Positions 1 to 11,044 of a stretch of 64,000 bases of DNA are shown piece by piece. The stretch is from Nemertoderma westbladi. Its lineage: Eukaryota > Animalia > Xenacoelomorpha. The notes under the pieces were generated by a model. The model searched no databases. It was not told the origin of the DNA and saw only the letters and a program-made list of their open reading frames with translations. Made by a program: the position numbers and the translations under genes. Position 1 is the first letter of the stretch, and each line of letters starts with the position of its first letter. The stretch spans positions 62,001 through 126,000 of the forward strand of contig JAUCBJ010008450.1 of assembly GCA_032718475.1 (NCBI GenBank). Reading direction: 5' to 3'.

Positions 1-19
1 GGATTTATTAGATAGGCAT

Positions 20-1180
20 TTATATTCTTCTTTGAATGTTTGCGTTTGTGTAAAGAACAGAAGCCTTTTGCCGGATCTTTCTAGCTCCTGAGCACTTTAA
101 CATGATAGTCTTGCACGGATCGATAGAGTACTTACATAACCTTATCAACCAGGCGAATAATATTCTTACCTTATTCCAGGATGAATTCCTGTCTATAATT
201 TTAGTGATAGCTTCTATTGTGCTGTCGTTCATGTCTGATTCACAACTGTCCTTAAATCTTACCTTTTTGGTGTGAAGTTCTTCTAGAATACTATACCAGA
301 AATCCTCTGTCCCCTCCATGACGTCATCAGAGACTTCACTATCGTTATCGACCTCTGATATTTCGCCCGTATATTGAATTTTCACATCAGGATCATCTCT
401 AATGGCGTCGGTCCATTCTGATTTGTTTTGGATTCCGGGCCATTGGGATTCGTCTTGAGAAAGGAAAGTGGGCCCATACCACCATTGACGACGATCCTTC
501 AACCTTTTAGCACTGAGTCCCCTGCTAATGTCGTCGGCTGGATTTAGTTCACCTTGAATGAAAAGCCATTGGTTACATTCGGATTGTTCTAGAATATGAT
601 TTACTCTGTTAGTTACATACCTTTTAAACTCTTTGTCCTCATTGTTTATGTATCCTAGAACTACTTTGGAGTCAGACCAAAATGTTGACTTTTCGATTTT
701 AAGGTTGAGTTCTTCCTTGAGAGTTCGGCCAACATCAGCGACTATTACTGCCGCCTGCAACTCCCGTCTGGGCGTTGACAACCCGCTAGAAACTGAGGAA
801 ATTTTATTTAACCTTGGAAAATAAATATGATACTGTTATATGGCCATCCATTTCAACTCTAAGATATGAAACGCAACCGCATGCTACTTCGGAGGCGTCA
901 CAAAAGTGATGTAATTGTTACTTTATATTTTCTAATGCCTGAGTAAAGCTATGGTACACTCTGGGTATCTGTATGACAGACAGTTCGGCAATCTTTTGAG
1001 ACCATTTGGTCCATTTTTTGATGTATTCCTGTGGTATTGGTTCGTCCCAACCAATACCGGAATGCCATATATCTCGTACAATTAATCTTCCCTTCACTAC
1101 AAAGGGGGATAAAAAGTTCAGAGGGTCAAATATTGAGTTTACAACGCTTATGCATCCTCGCTTAGTTAGAGGGGCGTCCT
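20..1180 (-). pseudogene. Pao-type RNase H / connection region of element A pol (frameshifted, with a stop)
   Basis: Reads ...FDPLNFLSPF...GWDEP...HHFCDASE..., then ORF 20-781 PRRELQAA...FWSDSKVVLGYI...NPADDISRG...WWYGPTFL. Confidence 0.9.
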
Positions 1181-1936
1181 TTTCTGGAAATTAAAGTTAA
1201 AATTATCCAATTGGGTGTCCCAAATGACACCCAACACTCTTGTGGCTGGGAGGTTGTCCAGGTCTAAGTTTATGTATTGTTTACCTAAGTGTGAGACATT
1301 CAATGCCTCTAAAAACTTTCTAGAATTAGACATGAATTTGTGTAATCTAAACCCACCTTTGGAAAGGCAAGCAATGAGTTGTTGAGCCAGGTCTATTGCT
1401 TCTGGAACTGTATCTAAGGATTCACAGATATCATCTACATAAAATGATGTTAGTACACTGTTTATTACATTTTCATCAAATTCGTCTGCATTATCCAACC
1501 CGGTTCTCCTTAGAGTGTGGGTGGCAATGCACGACGGATCTGTAGCACCAAATATATGTACAAGCATTTTGTAAGTTTCTATTTGGTTACTACCTATTGG
1601 CTTCCATAAAAATCGTAAGCTGTCGCTATCCTCATCGGTGACTTTCACCTGATGATACATGCCTTCTATGTCTGCTATGAAGGCAATGCTTCCCTTGCGG
1701 AAACGCAATAGAATTCCTATAATTTTATTTGTCAAGTTAGGACCCTGTAAGAGGAAGTCATTAAGACATTCCCCCTTGTATCTGGCGGCGGCATCTTTTA
1801 CAATGCGTATTGTGCCAGGTTTTGCTGCGCACTCCACATAATGGTGCGGCAGGTAGTACGTTTGATTACTTACATGTTGTTGCTCACTTAAATCTAGCTT
1901 TCTCGCGTAGCCTTTAGTTTCATATTCCTTTATCAT
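1166..1936 (-). pseudogene. Reverse transcriptase domain of element A
   Basis: YYLPHH, RIVKDAAA, LNDFLLQGPNL, LLRFR, ADIEGMYHQV, LRFLW, FGAT, FYVDD: typical BEL/Pao RT motifs. Confidence 0.93.
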
Positions 1937-2217
1937 ATTATCATAAAGCAGATACTTATCCGGTTTACCTGTTAATCTCTTTAATAACCCTTACAACCTT
2001 ACCTTAGCTAAGGGATAATTATTATGCAATACTGGTGGTCGCTCTTTCCAGAGCATTCCTACGCAATAATGCCCATTTATGAAACTAGTAGTGTCTTGTA
2101 GTATTTTTAGTGCCTTGTTGTCGTTCCTTGACATACTAAGTTCCTTCTCCTTTAATTCTGAAGTATAAGTACTCTTCTCTGCTTGGCCATATTGCTCTAG
2201 TCCTAGGGATTGTAAAA

Positions 2218-2766
2218 TTAGTGTTTAAAATTAGCCTTTATTTCGACTTGTTCAGGAACTGTAATTTGTAATGTGTCTATAATTAGTGTGTCGATTACTG
2301 AGCTGGTGGAGCCTCCATCGAGTAGCACATATGTTGTTAGTGACTTACCTTCTACCTTGATCCTTACTGGTACAACAGACAGCCACACATTAGGCGTAGT
2401 ACTCACTGGCTCTACATTTTCGATATTGCAAATTGCAGCATCTTCTAGATGCTGTATTTCTTGGGTTTGCGGACCATCTAGACCTATACTGGCATTATTT
2501 TCTAGGTTATTACTTTGCTCGGTTTCCGATATTTCGGCATGTGCTACTTGTTCATTACTAACCTTGTTTAAAGTATCTCCAGATTTATTGCTATGTATCC
2601 TGTGCAATAATGAACTGTGTCTTTTACCGCAACCTGGCACTGTACACCTATATAAATTTGTGCAGTCCCTTATTATATGATTAGGGCTGAAACAGAGATA
2701 ACACAATTGTTTATTAGTGACCAGATCATTACGTTCGCTTACAGACAGTTTTAATAGTTCTGGGCA
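2218..2766 (-). pseudogene. Distal gag zinc knuckles plus aspartic protease of element A
   Basis: Reading on from the TSD gives CPELLKLSVSERNDLVTNKQLCYLCFSPNHIIRDC...CTVPGCGKRHSSLLH, then VVPV...YVLLDGGSTSS. This is in frame with gag 11045-13464 once element B is removed. Confidence 0.9.
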
Positions 2767-3305
2767 TGTGACGGGATCATCCGGAGATGAACCCGATTTA
2801 TCCTGTTTTAGTTCACGCGTCCCCGCCGTGTGAAAGAGTGTAAGTTGAGGTTACTGTTGTTCGTTATATTGTGATCTTGAGACGCGATATAGATATAGAT
2901 ATAGATTGATGTTATACACTGACGTTCACAGGTTGACGGGATGACGGTAACTAAAATCCCGGTACTTCCCTAATTGTAACTTACTGTACCACCAGTAACA
3001 CTGAGATAACTGAGGTAATATGATTACTGCTTACTGGTTATATCGCACGGTGGCCTTATTGCTACTCAATCGGTGCCAGCCCCCCTCTGATTGGTTGCTA
3101 CCCTTGTTGGCGCCCTTTGAGGTGTTCCCGTTCACCCCAGCTATTCTCTCCCTTGTCAGGATACTAACCCCTGACCCTTATTGTGTGCTTCTCCTTCCCA
3201 TTCTGTTGGGGAGACACGAGTTGGTTTGGGACCTAATCTCGTGTCCCCCAATATTGCTTATTGGCTTAACTTTGTGGGGTGTTGGCGGGATTGAATAAGC
3301 TAACA
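2767..3305 (-). repeat. 3' LTR of element B
   Basis: tgtgacggga...taagctaaca; matches 10506-11044 except G3160 vs A10899 as far as I can see. Confidence 0.97.
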
Positions 3306-3314
3306 CTCCCCCCC
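3306..3314 (-). promoter_or_regulatory. Polypurine tract of element B
   Basis: - strand GGGGGGGAG directly before the TGTTA start of the 3' LTR, preceded by an 11-bp perfect hairpin (3315-3343, atgctatcttc/gaagatagcat). Confidence 0.8.
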
Positions 3315-3912
3315 ATGCTATCTTCCCGGTAAGAAGATAGCATCAAACCATAAAGTGCGTTACAATCCCGCTGGATCCCGATCTAGCATCGGGTGTGGGG
3401 TGGAAATCTTTTCTTTTGGAGTCGGCTTTCCAGGCCGCTCCCTATGGGTATGATGTCACTACCCTCTGGCGTCTCGTGTCGGGCCGATCGTGCGCTTCTC
3501 TCACACAATTTTTGTTTCCCCAACACTCTCACCATTCTAACTTCGCTCTCTAACTCAACTCGCTCTCTCCCCAAACTCGCTCTCTCCCCACTCTTACACT
3601 CTCCCCACACCTGAATCGCACTCTTAACTTCTCGCCAACAGCTCTTCTCACTATTTCCTCTCTAATCTCTGCCACTCTCTAAGGCCCTGACCTCTAATGC
3701 TACCCCTGTGCTATCATACTATCTACCTTATCTAACTTACTAACCCTAACTATCTAACTCTACTAACTTTTTTTTTAACTCTTACTACTTTTAGCTCTAA
3801 CTAAAAGCCTCTAACTTTCTACTAACTCTAACTAGAACTCTCTAACTTTCTGCTAAGTCTACTAACTCTTTTCTAACTCTGACTAAAATCCTCCAACTAA
3901 CTCTATCTCTAT

Positions 3913-4458
3913 CTACGTGGCGCTAACGGTGCCCACAACCACAACCGGTACTACGTACCCTCTTACTAACTCTATCTCCATCTACGTGGCGCTAACGGTG
4001 CCCACAACCACAACCGGTACTACGTACCCTCTTACTAACTCTACCTCCATCTACGTGGCGCTAACGGTGCCCACAACCACTCTACTACTAACTCTAACTA
4101 AAACCCTCTATCTACGTGGCGCTCGTGGTGCCCACAACCAATCTCTGCTACTACTTTCTACGTGGCGCTTCCGGTGCCCACAACCACTCTACCACTGCTA
4201 CTTTCTACGTGGCGCTTCCGGTGCCCACAACCTCTCTCTCCTACTACTTTCTACGTGGCGCTTCCGGTGCCCACAACCTCTACTACTACTCCTTTCTACG
4301 TGGCGCTTACGGTGCCCACGACCCCCCTACTACTACTCGTGGCATGACAATATGCCACACTCCCTTACCCCGCCGCCTTCTAACTTACTCTCCTTCTACG
4401 TGGCGCTTACGGTGCCCACAACCCCACTACTACTACTCGTGGCATGACAATATGCCAC
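3913..4458. repeat. Array of nine 28-bp hairpin repeats with variable spacers in the 3' non-coding region of element B
   Basis: ctacgtggcgctNNNggtgcccacaacc at 3913, 3982, 4051, 4112, 4158, 4205, 4251, 4296 and 4396, plus two gtggcat-gacaat-atgccac hairpins (4339, 4439). Confidence 0.92.
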
Positions 4459-4648
4459 ACTCCCTTGCCCCGCCGCCTTCTAACTCTACTCTCCTATCTT
4501 CGAACTACCTCTTACTTCTACTAACTATTATTTTAATTATTTAATTATTTATTATTATTTATTTTTATTTTTTAACTAAATAATTAATTTCTTGTGGGAA
4601 GGGCGTCTCGCCCTCATTCCCACCCCCCTCAGTCCAAATATTGGACGA

Positions 4649-7600
4649 CTAAACTCTAAGCTGCCCCTCGATCTTCCATCGATTCTTCCATGAGGCACTG
4701 TCCCGCTGTCCCCCTGTGCGTCCTCTTATCTTTCCACCCACTTTCCTCGCCAATTCCAACTCATCTGGAATTGGCTCTCCCCCTTTCACCACCCCAAAAT
4801 CGGGTCTCTCCACCGCCTTCTTAACTATGTCCTCTCTTGGCATCAAAATGCCATCTCTTTCTTTGTTGTCTCCCGCCGGCAGAATGAATAGAAAGTGAAA
4901 GAACAGGCAGAACAGTAGTCCTATTCCTTTCCATCCTGCCTTCCTTCTCGACTTCCCCCTTGTCGGTATGCCTCCAAACCGGACCTGCGTCTCTTCCGGA
5001 CACTCCTCTGGACACTCCTCCAGACACTCCTCTAGACACTCCTCCCGACACTCCTCCGGGCACTCCCCCGGAGTGTTGTCCTCCGGACACCTCGCCGTCC
5101 GCTCCGCTCCATCTCCATACCGATGCTTGCTGGGAAACCTACTCTCCTCTGCCCACTTTCTTACTGTCACCTCCCTATTTTGCTCTACTATCTCTTGTTT
5201 CTCCTCTACTTCCTCTGCGCCTGCGGTGCCTGGTAACATGCACCCTGATGTCTCTGTCACACTGCATGGTATCTTAGTTTTAACTGGGCCGCTAAGCGTC
5301 CATCCGAACGGCGTGAGGATCGCCGTCGGGTCCCGCTGCCTGTCTTCGCCGAAGACCGTCTTCGTTCTCTCGTGGGCCGTCGGGCAGTCCATCCCTACTA
5401 TAATGGACACCTTCCTAACGTCCACCTTTGGTATTGAGAAATCGATACCGTCCAGGAATCTATACTGCTCGACCTCAATGTTGGTTGGTCGCCTGGCGTT
5501 GATGTTTATCGATTCGATGATGTGGATGGGGTCGATCGTCGCCCCATAGTCGCATCCCGGTGCAATCGCTGCTATCCTGCACCGCCCCGCCCTCGTCTCC
5601 AGGACCTCATCTTTACTCGAGACGGTAGTCACCGCCATTCTATTCGGCCTTGTCTTTAGCCCTATCTCTTCGGCCACCCAGTTCTCCACCAGCGTGAAGG
5701 CTGCTCCGCTGTCGACCAGCATTAATGTCGTTACTGATCGACCGCCCTCTCCTGATATCTTTACTGGTACTACCCCGAGTAGTACTTTTCTCTTCTTCTC
5801 CTCTTCTATAGTGCTTGTGGCCATTGCCTGGCCTCCAGTCTCGGACTCTCTGACTGCTGTTTCTCTACACTCTCCGTATCTGTGTCCCTCTACCACACAT
5901 CGATGACATAGTCCGTTTGCGTCTGTGTAGGCTATACGATCTTGTTTGGGCAACGCTTGCCAGTGCTTACAACTACTGGTCTTATGTGTTCCGTCTCGAT
6001 GTAATTGACATTCGAATCCTGGATTATAGCGTTCCCTGTATAGTCCCTCACGTATCGCGCGTAGGTTTATATGTACCGATTTAGTGTTTTGGTTGTCTGT
6101 ACTCGGCCTACTGGGTATGTTGGGATTATGTTTATTTATGGTGTTATTTTCTTTCTGTCCCCGCCACGGTGTGGCCCTGCTACCAGCTAACTGTGGACTA
6201 GCAGTCCCCTGTGTGGCCGCATGTGGTAGTGATTGTCCCACTCCCGAGAATGGGTCTGTCGGATTATATTCGGGTTCAGGCCAGTTGTATTCGGTCTTAG
6301 GTGCCTTCCCCAAACTATCCTCGCTATAGACTGGGTCTGTTATTAGTTCGGCTTCATAGTTCAAGAAGCTCGACATCTCTTCTAGGCCCGGTTCCACACC
6401 CTTCTCTTCCCGTGTGGAGAAAGCGATTTTCCTCCACTTCCTTCGTAACCAGATCGGCAGTGCCTGCGCTATCGTGGTGATGTTGTTAGACGCGTTGAGT
6501 TCGTATGGTGCGTCCAACGTCTTTAACACGATCAGCGCCTTTTCAACTTTGTTAGCAAACGTCTTAATGCTAACGGGATTATCCTGTAGGCCACCCGTTG
6601 TTATGCCTCTCAGGGTTTGCCTGATGATCTTGGCTGGGTGCCCGTATTCCCTGTCCAGTGCCCGCCATGCTGTCGTGAAGCCCCCTTCTATACCCTGGTA
6701 TTGCCTCACGATGTCGTATGCTGGGCCTCCCGTGTATACTTGCAGATACTTTAGGCACTCCGCCTGCGTCAAATTTTTTGTTAGTATCTCGTTGCTATAC
6801 ATGCGCCGAAACTGAAGATATTCTTCCGGCCTACTCCCATCGAATTTGAATGGTTCCACGGGTGGTAACTCGATCCTTGTTTTTAACGCATCGATTAACG
6901 TGGCCATCCCCACTGCTTGCGCCTCTAATGGGTTCGATGGATGTTGCATGGTTTCCCTTGCTTGGTGCGGTCCACCCGTTCTATTCTCTGCTCTCCTCTG
7001 ACTTGGGTATATCATTGGGGGTAGCGGCCCCCTCCATATTTCTGTGTCACACGATTTGTTTTCGTCCAAGGGATTCGTTCTCGCTTCTATCGGGGTATAT
7101 TGTTGATATTGCGATGGGGGAATGTCACCCTGTCCCCCCCCCACCAATATGTTTGGTACTGGGGTTGATGTTAATATATTGGGGCCCATGCATTTATCCG
7201 CAATAATTCCCCCCTCCCCTGGGTATATGTTATAACCTTTGGTGCTGTAGTCATACTGCTGCACTGGTACCGGTATAGGCCTATCAGCTTCTGGCCTACC
7301 TACCGGAATGTATTCCGCGACTTCCGGGTCTAATCCCGTTGTCCGCGCTATCCTATCGCCTACGGTGCTCCTGTCAGCATGGCCTACGGTATGTGCAGTA
7401 AGGCCTGCAGTATGTCCTACAGTCTGTATGTGCTCGGAATCGAAGTTTATTCTTCTCGAATAGTCCTCCCCGCGGCTACCGTATTCTCGATCGGTAGGTA
7501 CATCCCGACGGAAAGTTTCCCTTCGACCCCCTCTGCTGCTCTCTTCTTCGCGTCGGTACGTCACGTACCTCTCTCTCGGCGCGTAGTGCGCCTCGTCGGG

Positions 7601-9945
7601 TCGCGTCTCTCCGGGACGACGGCAATCTCCCGTAGTTCGACCCCACCGACTCTCTTCTTCCATCTCAATCACCGACGGCTCACTATCCGTCCTCACTCTT
7701 CTATCGTTCGCGGCGATGCTTCTCCTATCATCTTCTCCTCTTCTTCCCTCAGTGCAGTATTCCCGCTCGTGAGATCTCTCGTTGACCTCCCGGTTAAACT
7801 CCACTGTTCTTCTTCTCTCTTCTGATCGGGCTTGACACTCCGTCCGCCCTCTCGCGGCGTCAACCTGCATCTCTCTGCTCGATCGCCCGCCGCTGGGGAC
7901 ACTCGCGGTCCCCCTATTACTTTCCGTCGCCGTGTGTTGCGGTTTACCTACTTCGGCCCGCGCATTATCCGCCGACGCCTGTGGGACACTCTCTGCCCCC
8001 CCCCTCTCGTCACTAACTTCTCGCGGTGGGGTGCTCGTAGCCCCCCCCCACCCGCCACTTCTAACTTCGGTACCTCTTACTACACTCCTGTACCCTTCTT
8101 GTGGGGCGCTCTCCGCCCCCCCCTTCTCGCCGCTAATCTCACGTGGTGGGGCGCTCGGAGCCCCCCCCCACTCGCCACATCTAACTTCACTATTTCCTAC
8201 CTCGTCTCTACACTTTTCTCCCGTCGACACAACATTTACATTGGGGCTGGGTCCGCTTACCCCCGCCCCTCTCTCCACTACTACCTGGCCTACCAGGCCT
8301 ACTTCGGGTTGTCTCAACCCCGCCGATTCCGGCCTACTAACTACGAGGCCTACCAGGCCTACCTCGGGTTGGCCCAACCCCGCTACTTCCGCCCTACTGA
8401 CTACGTGGCCTACCAGGCCCACCCCGGGTTGGCTCAACCCCGCCGTCTCCGGCCTACCCACTGCGTGGCCTACCAGGCTCACCCCGGGTTGACTCAACCC
8501 CGCCGTCTCCGGCCTACTTACTACGTGGCCTACCAGGCCCTCACCCGCCGGGCTATGTGCGTTGGACACGTCTACATTAATAATACCACTGTGATTATCC
8601 TGCGCACCAAAGCTAGAAACAATATGTTGCGTTATAACAGTATTCGGATTATTTTGTAAAATCGAATTCGGGTTATTATTTAAATTATTTGGATCATTTT
8701 GTGAAATCGAATTCGGATTATTACTTAAATTATTTGGACTATTCTGTATAACTACATCACTAGAATTACTCTGTACGTCAATATTAGAACCGTTCTGATT
8801 TAAAATAATATTATTACTATTAGGTAACGTATTTCCTGCAATAAAAATTTGGTTAGAGTCGTCCAATACAGTATTATTAATATTAGCGTTATCTACTGTA
8901 TTAGTGTTATTACCCCCCCCGCTCGTACGATCACACCAGTTTCGTGTCCGTAGTGTGGTCCCTGTCAGTGGAGTATTAATAAACGTATCCACGGCCCCCG
9001 GCTCCTCTGAAATGTTCGAGCCTGCCCCTCTCTCAGACACTCCTGCCCGCGCCCGTTCCACCTCGCGCGCGTGTACAGCCGTATACTCTACGAATTTGTC
9101 TCGCTGTTTCTCTAACTCTATTTGGCCACTCTCCACTCTTGTTACTTTCTCCTTTGACTCTCGTTTTTCCTGCTCGATCAATTCCAGCTCTCTCCTAATC
9201 CCCTCTCTTCTTCTCGCCTTACGCTCTTTGCGTTCACTTTCCTCTCTCGCCTCACGTTTCTCGCGTTCACTTTCCTCTCTCGCCTCTCGTTTCTCGCGTT
9301 CCGCCTCGCGTTTCTCCTCGCGTTCCCTTCGTTCCCTTCTCTCTCTCGCCTCGCGTTCCTCGCGTTCTCTCTCGCGTTCCGCCTCGCGTTTCTCGCGTTC
9401 TGCTTCGCGTTTCTCGCGTTCTGCCTCGCGTTCTCTCTCGCGTTCCCTCTCTTCCCTCAACTCTATCTCCTCACATTCCCTAAGGTTCCTCGCGGCCCTT
9501 TCGCCCCTCTCCCTCAACTCTTTAATCGACACCGTTTCCCTCTCTAGCATCACTCTCCCCTCCTCTAGCCGTCTACCTAGTTCTCTATTCGCCTCTACCA
9601 CTACATTGAAACGGTGTCTAGCCTCTATCTCTCTCACCCGTCTTTCTTTTTCGGAGGATGTAACAGACTTATCGGTTGCGACGGATTCCCTCCGCCTTCC
9701 CGACCCGCTGGCTCTCCCCCCCTTTCCGGAACTCCCTCCGACCGACGAGACCGAACCCGCGGGGTCAACCTCGGGTTCGCCCTCCTCTGGTCTGTTCCAA
9801 CCTACTGTCTTTATACCCCGGGCATCGATTAAGTATGGCCCTAAGTACACTACCCTAGGTTCTATACTCCCATACCGCCATGAGTCATACAGCTCGGCGA
9901 CCCAAGTCGCTCTCTCCTCGGCCAATCCTCTCTGCCCGAAGCGCA
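4649..9945 (-). CDS. Element B Gag-protease polyprotein, main exon/ORF (1765-aa ORF)
   Basis: E/R coiled coil, Asn-rich tract, 20-aa repeats, Pao gag core (PPVEPFKFDG...YLQVYTGG...REYGHP), knuckles (CQLH...H...C; CHRC...GH...C), protease LVDSGA and AILTPFGWTLSGP, then CxEE repeats and hydrophobic GIGLLFCLFFHFLFILPAG. Confidence 0.9.
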
Positions 9946-9977
9946 CTAGATAATATAAATGTATCTGTTCGACTCAC

Positions 9978-10437
9978 CTAGTCGTCTCCTCAACTTCACC
10001 TGGTCTATCTCAGCCCCTCCTCTAGCTTCCTTCAGTTGTTCCCGGGTCGCGGCGTAGGCTCGTCGAAGTCGATCAGAAACCCCGACATCCTCGTCGCCGA
10101 CCTCTCCTCTCTCCCTCCGGGTTCGGCGTCGTACCGTCGGCTCCACCGTTGCCGTTCCGGTGGGCCGTTCGTCGCCCTCGGTCTGTGGCTGACCGGCGAC
10201 ATCGGCATATCGACCGCCGCCCTGTGTCGACTCGTCTCTTTCTTCCTCGAGCCCGATCTCTCTATCCTCCGGCTCGATCTCTGGTTCCAGGCGGTCCCCC
10301 TCTACTCGAATCCCCGGTTCGCCCGGTACGGATGGCTCCGGTGTCGTGGGCGTATGTCGCCTGGTCGCGGCCTCGCGGATCGTTAGATCGTCGTCGTCCG
10401 GGGTCCGCGTGGGTGTCACTTCACCCGACTCGCTCAT
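9978..10437 (-). CDS. Element B Gag N-terminal exon (ORF 9946-10437 if unspliced)
   Basis: First long ORF after the 5' LTR, ATG 68 nt downstream of it. Joins the main ORF in frame if 9946-9977 (GTGAGT...TAG) is spliced out. Confidence 0.7.
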
Positions 10438-10505
10438 CTTTTGTCTGTTGGTGGCTGGTGGTATCTGAGTCTATTAGGCTAGGGCAGCAGTTGTTGTTTA
10501 GTTAC

Positions 10506-11044
10506 TGTGACGGGATCATCCGGAGATGAACCCGATTTATCCTGTTTTAGTTCACGCGTCCCCGCCGTGTGAAAGAGTGTAAGTTGAGGTTACTGTTGTT
10601 CGTTATATTGTGATCTTGAGACGCGATATAGATATAGATATAGATTGATGTTATACACTGACGTTCACAGGTTGACGGGATGACGGTAACTAAAATCCCG
10701 GTACTTCCCTAATTGTAACTTACTGTACCACCAGTAACACTGAGATAACTGAGGTAATATGATTACTGCTTACTGGTTATATCGCACGGTGGCCTTATTG
10801 CTACTCAATCGGTGCCAGCCCCCCTCTGATTGGTTGCTACCCTTGTTGGCGCCCTTTGAGGTGTTCCCGTTCACCCCAGCTATTCTCTCCCTTGTCAGAA
10901 TACTAACCCCTGACCCTTATTGTGTGCTTCTCCTTCCCATTCTGTTGGGGAGACACGAGTTGGTTTGGGACCTAATCTCGTGTCCCCCAATATTGCTTAT
11001 TGGCTTAACTTTGTGGGGTGTTGGCGGGATTGAATAAGCTAACA
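10506..11044 (-). repeat. 5' LTR of element B
   Basis: Direct repeat of 2767-3305, followed on the + strand by the TSD GGGCA. Confidence 0.97.

Larger units (their letters stand above)
2767..11044 (-). mobile_element. Young non-autonomous BEL/Pao-type LTR element B (8278 bp; Gag plus protease only)
   Basis: Two 539-bp LTRs with TG...CA ends. 5-bp TSD GGGCA at 2762-2766 and 11045-11049. PPT next to the 3' LTR. Long intact ORF with no RT, RNase H or integrase core motifs. Confidence 0.95.

Noticed and set aside
3020-3298. 92-aa ORF duplicated at 10759-11037
   Set aside because: It is an antisense frame within the two LTRs, with no recognisable motif.
3913-4423. CRISPR array
   Set aside because: Spacers are unequal (17-72 nt), low-complexity and related to each other; no cas genes; the array is inside a eukaryotic LTR element.
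4716-10529. Many + strand ORFs (e.g. 8904-9953, 7832-8659)
   Set aside because: Antisense shadows of the repetitive, purine-biased Gag ORF.
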